Assembly (NCBI GenBank): GCA_016931185.1
Contig: JAFGFI010000018.1
Span: 1,135 to 65,134, forward strand
Origin: Anaerolineae bacterium
GTDB lineage: Bacteria > Chloroflexota > Anaerolineae > B4-G1 > SLSP01
Direction of reading: 5' to 3'
DNA length: 64,000 nucleotides
Below, piece after piece: positions 54,301-60,983 of this stretch (position 1 is its first letter; each line of letters begins with the position of its first letter). Both the position numbers and the translations under genes were made by a program. Below the pieces are notes generated by a model that was not told the DNA's origin, searched no databases, and worked only from the letters and a program-made list of their open reading frames with translations.

Positions 54301-56545
54301 ATTTGATATTCCCTGCCCGGCAGATCTGGAACTCTTTGAAAAAAAGGAGGAGTTGCGTGAGGCTTTATCGCCTTTTATATTCTGGGGATCTTCCATTGAT
54401 CGGTTAATTGACAAAGTTTATGAACAAGCGGCTAACAAGCGTAATGAAGCCTTCTACCGTTTCGTAGCCCCCGAAATTGCAGCGGCAATTGCAGATAAGC
54501 TGCGATTTACAGCAGTTATTCGGCAAGAAAGTAATGAATACTCCGTAGAACTAAATGTTGATACAACACTGGTTTCACGGTTCCAAAATGGACAAAACCA
54601 TTACATCAGCGTGCGAGAACTTACTAGGCAAACTCCCATCAAGCGCATAGATATTGAGGCTATTACAATCCATATTGATGCAAGCACACAATTGAAAAGC
54701 GGCGAGAGCATTGAAGAATTTTTACCCAGTAACACACGGATCATTGTAACCTCAGGCAGTATGAACTATCGCAGTAAGCACTATTCAGGGCTTTTATTCA
54801 AGTCTTCGCGCATCAACAACGACTTAGTTGGCTATGGGGGGGTTTCTTCTAATGATTACGTACGTATCCCAACCCCACTGAGTCACGAGGAAATGCGAAA
54901 CCCCCGGAACGAGGATCTCGAATCAGCCGATCATCTGCGACAGCATTTGAATGACAATCTGGAGTACTATCACAAAATCATCTGGATGAATATGAGCCCA
55001 GAACGTCGCTTTATGTTCCTGGATGGCATTCGGATAACCGATTATTCGGAAGGGGATCGGTATCCTTCTGGCGTGATCAGAAGTGTTGCTTCAGTTGTGG
55101 AAAACAGAGTGATTGGTATTGCCGGGAATAGCTTGGTGATGCCGGTGGCCCCGGGTTTTCGATTGGATCCCAATACACGCGGCCAATATGTAGACCTTCT
55201 TTCCCTTTATCAACCATTGACTCCAGTTGAACCCATTAATATCACGATACCAACGAAAGGCGTATTTGCCGAAGCAGTCATAGGAAAATGCAATAGTTGT
55301 GAGAAAATCCAAAATGATCGCTTCTGGAAATGGGAAGAACATCCAATACCTCACGCACCGACTGAAATTGCAGCAATCGGCACTGAAAGCCGTCGTAGCG
55401 CGCCGCTTGATACTACACCTTCAAGTCTTCCTAATCCTGTGGTTAATATTCAAAATGCCCCGGCGATTCCTGATCCTACAGGGTTATCAGCCGCCGCCAA
55501 CTTGTTAGAACAGGCACGTTTTGAGGATATCACCGGCTTAACTCAGAACCAACAAAATGCCCTGGAAGCATTAAAAGCGTCGCTTAGTGCAGCTCAGGCA
55601 TTTGGTTCGAAGGCTGGCGATATGGCAGCGTTGGGAGCGCAACTTGATAGTATCAGGATCGCTAAAGAAAACAACTTGATCGGTGAAGACAAAGCGCGAG
55701 AACTGAGCGAAAAAGCAATTGAGAATGCTGCCGCCGGTGGGGGAACACCGATTACTGAAGGCTTGTCTGAGTTGAAAAAAGTTCGGGAGATGGCAAAAAA
55801 TGGCACGATTACTGGGGATGTGGAACAAACCGTTACCGACGCTGTTGTCAGTAAAATTAAGCAGGACGCTCAAGGAAAGAAAGATAGTGATATTGGTCAA
55901 ATCATAGATAGAGGCGCATCATTGGTGGGAACAGGTATGGTTACAAATATGACTGCAAAGGCCACTGAGCCGGATGGTAAAACGTCCGAATTGACGTTAG
56001 CGAGTAGCGTAGTAGCTATGCCCCCCACGCCAAAACTGATACTAAGGAGAACAGGAGTTGAGTTTGAAGTTAGCTGCCCCACTGATTTTAGCCCGATTAC
56101 AATTGGTAATTTCAGAACTGTATGTGAGAACGGGAAGCTATATTATTGGGATACTACTGAGTCAGATAAGAATCATAAAAAATTGGTAAAAGGATATCGG
56201 AGCAAGTTAATTGTAGAAAATCCAGATGGCACATCTGAAGAATTTGATGCAATTGAACGGGCTAATGGTTTTACGCATCTTAAAGAAGGCACCTATCAAG
56301 CTACCTGTGAGCCAAGGGCCAGCCATCAAGATAAAGAGGAAATATTGGTGAAGGAGGCCATCTTCATCCATGTGGCAAACTACCCATATCAATTGCATGG
56401 GTGCATTGCACCTGGAGAAATTTGGCCGGAATTTGGTGTTTCCAATTCTACAGCCACATTAGCTAGAATCAATAGCCTCTTGGGATGGGAAAGCGGAAAG
56501 AAAATCGAGCTCGTAGTGAAAGGTTACAAGGAAAAGCCTGGATGA
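51386..56545 (+). CDS. Giant multidomain protein of unknown function (HhH, 3 beta-sandwich-like repeats, CarboxypepD_reg-like, conserved core with glycine-zipper, YkuD-like HGC C-terminal domain)
   Basis: Track ORF 51359..56545 has a TTG start. AAGGAGGG lies directly upstream of ATG 51386. ComEA-like HhH NAASKEQLVKLAGIGEAKAEKI. Glycine zipper GLGIAAISGSVGGLLGIAGG. C-terminal IHVANYPYQLHGCIAPG. Confidence 0.7.
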   Translation: MMVNINAASKEQLVKLAGIGEAKAEKIITFRESGGIINNIEELRKIAEVQPHYLAALEAEIDFHLDENSDSLSFITARPSLDLISKPQISSVFPTDPYTPVKPLPLPLFGAYQFTVNFERMNNCPLPDLSGYQLLVGYRIGNVITESKTHIRERTKTYNLGKKPAITISIPKPFLPAAFLENEFELILLSPEEITVYRSSFEIDEGDQVTIGVPLYGQQTLEITWNKNVDYRGLSLELAYSMNRGASGIIESTKSFELGGEESLQVEFDTFGQVEKLSVAVYSNEGILVYHSKSTWAELGGTGNAKSIKCKLPMPEEIIFNVSLGQGLYQDHQLVANFYILDEKTLSTICQIEENYSITSEGKSKVKLAHYGLVKEITLTVYAPAGEVIGKKTIINTDWSDGGTITIDAPPRQRAGGSGLDETLPNRPKKTTGRAIDVRGKKKLEGIQIIIYASKVPNPQEADYVPLLVLQTETDGYFLFDTPIGYYEKAYAMVGTPKKGEAEKGVCKVDICLEPDFVEKLQQGGPPKKVEKKFFPGRLLLVIDAESESHGKDGGDCDDCKDLNFHRHKAVVDEFSYYTVVRTTEPDIQGYTLEEDGDVTLQKVLEVAPIVGEDANSIPLAMRFQPVRRSILNKYVNDRRGLTLTTLKKALAESNARKLRELIKPTRRHQTPGRHTLDLDHAIDWDKDPTIYQATTIAHGHLLHYKQEWKNNGFGIGDLLYSLPLAPGQQKQIVVFDWERRDSASRSESLDYQESLYNSLTRDRDVNEIVTGVLRESVRGGSTAKTSSRSGGLGIAAISGSVGGLLGIAGGSSKSSSTAWQDSSRNTALQDMQQIRDRTVQSANSVRSLRSTVVTTATQGERFSVETEVIANYNHCHSLTMQYFEVLRHMQVEVRLSSVQECLFIPLIMSSFDHQKILRWREPLAGYILDEQLRCGFDAIGRIENDYEGSDLPEGMYAEDEIEYWSGDLYIKFDIPCPADLELFEKKEELREALSPFIFWGSSIDRLIDKVYEQAANKRNEAFYRFVAPEIAAAIADKLRFTAVIRQESNEYSVELNVDTTLVSRFQNGQNHYISVRELTRQTPIKRIDIEAITIHIDASTQLKSGESIEEFLPSNTRIIVTSGSMNYRSKHYSGLLFKSSRINNDLVGYGGVSSNDYVRIPTPLSHEEMRNPRNEDLESADHLRQHLNDNLEYYHKIIWMNMSPERRFMFLDGIRITDYSEGDRYPSGVIRSVASVVENRVIGIAGNSLVMPVAPGFRLDPNTRGQYVDLLSLYQPLTPVEPINITIPTKGVFAEAVIGKCNSCEKIQNDRFWKWEEHPIPHAPTEIAAIGTESRRSAPLDTTPSSLPNPVVNIQNAPAIPDPTGLSAAANLLEQARFEDITGLTQNQQNALEALKASLSAAQAFGSKAGDMAALGAQLDSIRIAKENNLIGEDKARELSEKAIENAAAGGGTPITEGLSELKKVREMAKNGTITGDVEQTVTDAVVSKIKQDAQGKKDSDIGQIIDRGASLVGTGMVTNMTAKATEPDGKTSELTLASSVVAMPPTPKLILRRTGVEFEVSCPTDFSPITIGNFRTVCENGKLYYWDTTESDKNHKKLVKGYRSKLIVENPDGTSEEFDAIERANGFTHLKEGTYQATCEPRASHQDKEEILVKEAIFIHVANYPYQLHGCIAPGEIWPEFGVSNSTATLARINSLLGWESGKKIELVVKGYKEKPG

Positions 56546-56576
56546 GAGAACACTTAAACATTGACGGAGGTCTAAA

Positions 56577-57128
56577 ATGAATCGCATATTTAGCATCGCT
56601 CAAGGGATATCCGTTCCCGACGGAACAACCGTATATCCTTTCCTGAATTCCAAGGACGAGACTAGCGGCTTACCCTGGAGTCTCTTGGATGGTTTTAGTC
56701 TCTCGGCTGGGGTGGTTGCGCCTAAGAGTTCATCCAAGATACACATTATGCCCTTGGTGACTCAGGTGACCTTTGTCCTTGAGGGTACTATCGAAATATG
56801 GATGAAAGGCTCAGAAAATCCAGAGCCATACAAGCAGGTTTTGACCTCACGACAAGCGATTCTAACCAATCCCGGTGCTTTTTTCCAACTCGTCAATAGC
56901 TCTATGGCGGTTTGCTGGTTGCTCTACATCGTTAGCCCTGCCTATGTATTTGAACTTAGTGATGAGAACGAAGTGATATACGATGACTCAATCATTCTCA
57001 ATGAAAATTGGAAAGAATTAGAAGCAAAAAACTGGCTTTCAGCAAACCCTTGTGATGTTGAAAAGATGCGAGAAGATAGGGCAGTTGCATCTGCACGATT
57101 GGCGGCACAGTCGCGAGCGAGATCATAA
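56577..57128 (+). CDS. Cupin-like beta-barrel protein (no clear metal-binding His cluster)
   Basis: 183-aa ORF with GGAGG upstream. SKIHIMPLVTQVTFVLEGTIEIWMKG and PGAFFQLVN resemble the two cupin motifs. Confidence 0.45.
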   Translation: MNRIFSIAQGISVPDGTTVYPFLNSKDETSGLPWSLLDGFSLSAGVVAPKSSSKIHIMPLVTQVTFVLEGTIEIWMKGSENPEPYKQVLTSRQAILTNPGAFFQLVNSSMAVCWLLYIVSPAYVFELSDENEVIYDDSIILNENWKELEAKNWLSANPCDVEKMREDRAVASARLAAQSRARS

Positions 57129-57204
57129 TAATGCCAATCATTTATCTGAGTCATACTATACCTGAACGGTTGTAGTTTACTATATTTACGACGGAGATAC
57201 TATT

Positions 57205-58617
57205 ATGCCCACTCAAGCGGATTACGAAACAGATGGTATCTTACCTATCATCTATCAACAACTACGTTCTACATTGATAGACTGCGGCCCCTTCTCCAGT
57301 CACGACGAACTCAAAGCCGTTTTCGTCGACAACCGCATCCACCCTTGGCGCAAGTGGATACCTGAAGCCAAAAGCGCCAGCAGCCGCGTCGAAGCCGTTA
57401 TTGACTTTCTCTACAACCAATATACCAGTACGCAGGACAATGCTTTGGTACTGCTGTTGCATGTGTTGAGCGAACGCAAAGAAACTGGTGATGCTTGTCA
57501 TCAAAAGTTGTTCAAATTAGCTGATGATCTCAGCAAAGGATTAGAATCCCATCTTTCTCCTGATGGAACACCACTAACACCACCACCCGATATGTTGCCC
57601 CGGAAATCCTACGATCACTTCACAGGCCGTGCGAAAGAACTACAACAGTTATTGGATGCGCTCCGCAACCCAGATCAGTACCAGTTGATTGCTATATACG
57701 GGTTGGGCGGTATTGGCAAAACTGCATTGGCCCGCGAAGCGTTGGAAGATTGCCGCGATGAGAAATTATTCCAGCACATCGTTTGGATGAGTGCCAAGAC
57801 AGAGCGTTTTGAAGGGGAGGGGACCCATAGACTACCGGTTTCTTCTTTTTCTCTTGACGACATTCTGAATGAAATTGCGCGCCAGTGTCACTTGCCTCAT
57901 CTAGCAAAACTCCCGTCTACAGAAAAGGTTGCGAATATCCAACACATTCTGGCTAACCGCCCTGTGCTCATCGTATTGGACAATATGGAAACGGTCAAAG
58001 ATTGTAAGGAAGTTGTAGGACAATTGGTCGAACTTTTAACAGGGCAAACCAAGTTTTTATTGACCAGCAAACTCCATATTACAAACATCAGCGCTTTTGA
58101 AATGCGCTTGCTAGGGCTTTCACCAGAGAATGGCGAGCTTTTTATGCGTCGCGAAGGCCGCAGTCAAGGTGCATCGGAAGTTGCGGATGCACCTTCAGAC
58201 ATACTTCAGAATATCGTGGGGGTATGCGGCGGTGCTCCGTTAGCGATGAAATTGATCGTCAGCCAATTAAAGCGCCGCGCTTTACAAGATGTGCTGGATA
58301 ATCTTAAAGTGGTTACGTCTGATGGCCCCGACTACGACTTCTACCGCTTTATTTACAAAGGCTCTTGGGATTTATTGAGCTTGGATGCCAAAAAAGTGTT
58401 GGTTTCGATGTCAGTCTTTGATTTGGAGAGCGGTGGGCGCGCTGATATGATGCGCGAGGTCAGCGATGTGGCCCCAGATGCCTTTGAAGACGCGGTGGTT
58501 GAACTGGTGATGATGTCATTAACGAACCTGGTAGGGCAGTTAGGCCAACGGCGCTACACACTGCATCAATTGACCTACTATTTCATTTTATCAGACATTG
58601 TAAAGAAATGGGGGTAA
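57205..58617 (+). CDS. NB-ARC (AP-ATPase) STAND NTPase with N-terminal helical adaptor-like domain
   Basis: Walker A IYGLGGIGKTALA, Walker B VLIVLDNME, GxP motif CGGAPLAMKLI. About 140 aa of helical N-terminal extension. Confidence 0.8.
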   Translation: MPTQADYETDGILPIIYQQLRSTLIDCGPFSSHDELKAVFVDNRIHPWRKWIPEAKSASSRVEAVIDFLYNQYTSTQDNALVLLLHVLSERKETGDACHQKLFKLADDLSKGLESHLSPDGTPLTPPPDMLPRKSYDHFTGRAKELQQLLDALRNPDQYQLIAIYGLGGIGKTALAREALEDCRDEKLFQHIVWMSAKTERFEGEGTHRLPVSSFSLDDILNEIARQCHLPHLAKLPSTEKVANIQHILANRPVLIVLDNMETVKDCKEVVGQLVELLTGQTKFLLTSKLHITNISAFEMRLLGLSPENGELFMRREGRSQGASEVADAPSDILQNIVGVCGGAPLAMKLIVSQLKRRALQDVLDNLKVVTSDGPDYDFYRFIYKGSWDLLSLDAKKVLVSMSVFDLESGGRADMMREVSDVAPDAFEDAVVELVMMSLTNLVGQLGQRRYTLHQLTYYFILSDIVKKWG

Positions 58618-58620
58618 AGA

Positions 58621-59829
58621 GTGATGAGTGAAGAACCTGAATGGCTGTCATTTTATCAAGATCGGGGACGCCGGCACGCAACCCTGGCATTAGCGTTTGC
58701 AGTACAGCACGGGCAAAATACACCGGAGGCACATCAGCAGTTGGCACAGGAACTCCCCAACATGGTCAGGGCGCTAGAGTGGATGCAAACGCACACTCAC
58801 TGGCACAATATCGCACATTTGTTCTCGGCTTTGTGGGAAGAAAGCCGATTTCTACAGGATCGTGGCCCGGCTCCTGCGTACCTCATTGAGGGAAAAGGGC
58901 ATTTGCTGCCTGCTGCCGATTTGCTCCCCCTGCTGGAAATGGGTGTGCTGGCGGCACGCGAACTAAAGGATAACCATAAACTATGCATGTGTTTAAACGC
59001 ACTGGGAAGCACGTTGCGAGCAATGGGCAAGGTTGATGAGGCGCTTGCGCTACATAATGAAGCCTTGACCATAGCACAGCAATTCGAGGATGCATCTCCT
59101 GCGCGCCAGACGCTTTCTCTTTTGGGCATGGTGTGGATTGATAAAGATGTAAACCAGGCGTTACCTCACTTGCAAAAGGCACTTAACACACCAGTATCCC
59201 ACACCAATGTGGAACTGGATATTGATCTCTTTGGCGCACTTGCAACCGCTCACGCGCAACTGGGGCAAATGGCATTGTTGAACCAGCTAAGCGAGCCGGG
59301 AAAGGCGGCTTTCGAGAAGGCCGCTACCTATCTGGAAAAGGCATTAGGCTTAGCAACAAAATCCCAGGATAAGCGACGCCAGGCAGAACTATATCACCAA
59401 CGTGGGTATTTGCGCAGCGTTACAAATGACTTGGAGAATGCGCGTGCCGATTTTCAGCAGGCTGCCGACCTTAGTAAAGAAGTAGGCCATCAATGGGGAT
59501 ATGGACGAGCTTTACAGGCTTTAGGAGTTCTGCGTATACAAATCGGGCAGGTAGCGCAGAACACCAATAAAGTCGCGCTAGGTATCACCGATTTAGAAAA
59601 GGCTCTGACGTTGCTAGAACAAACCGGGGATGGAGAAATCATAGCTTCCACATTGGCAGCCTTAGGCCAGGGATATGCGCTTTTGGGGCAGTTAGATATG
59701 GCAAAAGCACATTTGGAACATGCATTGGAAGTTATCAAGGCTTTTAGTGATTTACCCAAGATCGCAGCCTTGGAACAGGCGATTTTGCCGTTATTAGCTT
59801 ATGTAAAGCAAGCGAAAGGAGAAAAGTGA
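58621..59829 (+). CDS. TPR-repeat protein (expected sensor arm of the preceding NB-ARC module)
   Basis: 402-aa ORF, same reading frame as 57205..58617, separated by TAA plus one codon. Repeated A..Y...G / L..A..I helical pairs (ALALHNEALTIAQQFED, AELYHQRGYLRSVTNDLENARADF). Confidence 0.75.
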   Translation: MMSEEPEWLSFYQDRGRRHATLALAFAVQHGQNTPEAHQQLAQELPNMVRALEWMQTHTHWHNIAHLFSALWEESRFLQDRGPAPAYLIEGKGHLLPAADLLPLLEMGVLAARELKDNHKLCMCLNALGSTLRAMGKVDEALALHNEALTIAQQFEDASPARQTLSLLGMVWIDKDVNQALPHLQKALNTPVSHTNVELDIDLFGALATAHAQLGQMALLNQLSEPGKAAFEKAATYLEKALGLATKSQDKRRQAELYHQRGYLRSVTNDLENARADFQQAADLSKEVGHQWGYGRALQALGVLRIQIGQVAQNTNKVALGITDLEKALTLLEQTGDGEIIASTLAALGQGYALLGQLDMAKAHLEHALEVIKAFSDLPKIAALEQAILPLLAYVKQAKGEK

Positions 59830-59830
59830 G

Positions 59831-60892
59831 ATGGTTATACCAGCTTTGATGATCGGATTGTTAATTGCTAAAGGACTGACGGTGGTCGGACCAAAGCACG
59901 AATACCTGGAAAAACATGATCCAAATCTCCCCTTCTACGAAGAAGACACTTTTCCTACCTTGTTGGAGAAAATAGCGCCTTACACACATTCGAGGTTTCA
60001 GCTACACATAAATCGTTCGGCCGATCTTTTTGCTCAATTACACACAATGTTGATGCTTTTGCAAGGGGCAACTATGGATTTCGCAAAGGGTAGGATTGAT
60101 CATTCCAACATGCAGCCAGGGTATCAGTATGATAATTACGAAACTATTCTTGTGAATGCTTATAGTAATGAGGAGGACAAAAAGATAATTGACGGCAAAC
60201 TAAACGCAATTTCCAAAGTATCTGATGAGAGCTTTGGTGAGTATATTATTGATCATTACCAAGATATGGCGAAGTGTTTGGTGGGATATTTGGATATAGC
60301 ATCGAAATTAACAAACGGTTTTGACATTTCGGGCTGCTTAAATGAATGTCAAAATACCATAGGGAAGTTACCACCCGGTGACTCTATTAAAAAGACATGC
60401 ATGACTGAGTTCCTGGCATTAACGCGCCTTCTGTTTTCTGGGGTAGATTTAAAGAAGGTGCTGGACTTAGCTACTAACTTAAATCTAAATGTTCCTCCTC
60501 ACGAATGGCTTGATCAACAATTATCAGCGGGTACCCTATGGCAGGACGTGGTAAATTATTATGCTTCTCCTGCCGCTACATCTAAGGCAAAACTTACCCT
60601 GAGTCATATCTATGTGATGTTGGAAGAAAGTTATTGGTTTTACAATAGAATTCGCTATAAAGACCCTCATAATCCGGAGATGAGCAACAATCGATTAGGC
60701 ATAGATTTTAAATGCGCGATCGGATTTGATGATGAAGGAAAGTGTGACAATCTAAATACAGGCCAACTTCCTGCTGGATACCAAGCCACATGGGAGAAGT
60801 TGCGTCTGGCGTTACATGGCGCAGTCGCGTGGTATATGTATTGCCTCTGCGCTTATGCAGTAAATGAGATTAAAGCTGCGTTAACCCCGTGA
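59831..60892 (+). CDS. Orphan protein with N-terminal hydrophobic helix
   Basis: 353-aa ORF. Its ATG lies 1 nt after the TPR stop, which suggests translational coupling. N-terminal MVIPALMIGLLIAKGLTVVG. No recognised domain. Confidence 0.5.
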   Translation: MVIPALMIGLLIAKGLTVVGPKHEYLEKHDPNLPFYEEDTFPTLLEKIAPYTHSRFQLHINRSADLFAQLHTMLMLLQGATMDFAKGRIDHSNMQPGYQYDNYETILVNAYSNEEDKKIIDGKLNAISKVSDESFGEYIIDHYQDMAKCLVGYLDIASKLTNGFDISGCLNECQNTIGKLPPGDSIKKTCMTEFLALTRLLFSGVDLKKVLDLATNLNLNVPPHEWLDQQLSAGTLWQDVVNYYASPAATSKAKLTLSHIYVMLEESYWFYNRIRYKDPHNPEMSNNRLGIDFKCAIGFDDEGKCDNLNTGQLPAGYQATWEKLRLALHGAVAWYMYCLCAYAVNEIKAALTP

Positions 60893-60983
60893 TCTCTACT
60901 CGCGGGCGGTTGCGTGAGTGTGGGCAGAACCGTGTAAATGTCGGTTCTACTCTACATATCACTTGTTATAAGGAGAGTGAGCA

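Noticed and set aside
59831-60892. Possibility that the 353-aa orphan is a bacterial gasdermin, given the adjacent caspase-fold protease.
   Set aside because: The sequence looks predominantly helical, has an N-terminal hydrophobic helix, and shows none of the beta-rich gasdermin character. It is kept only as an unknown candidate effector.
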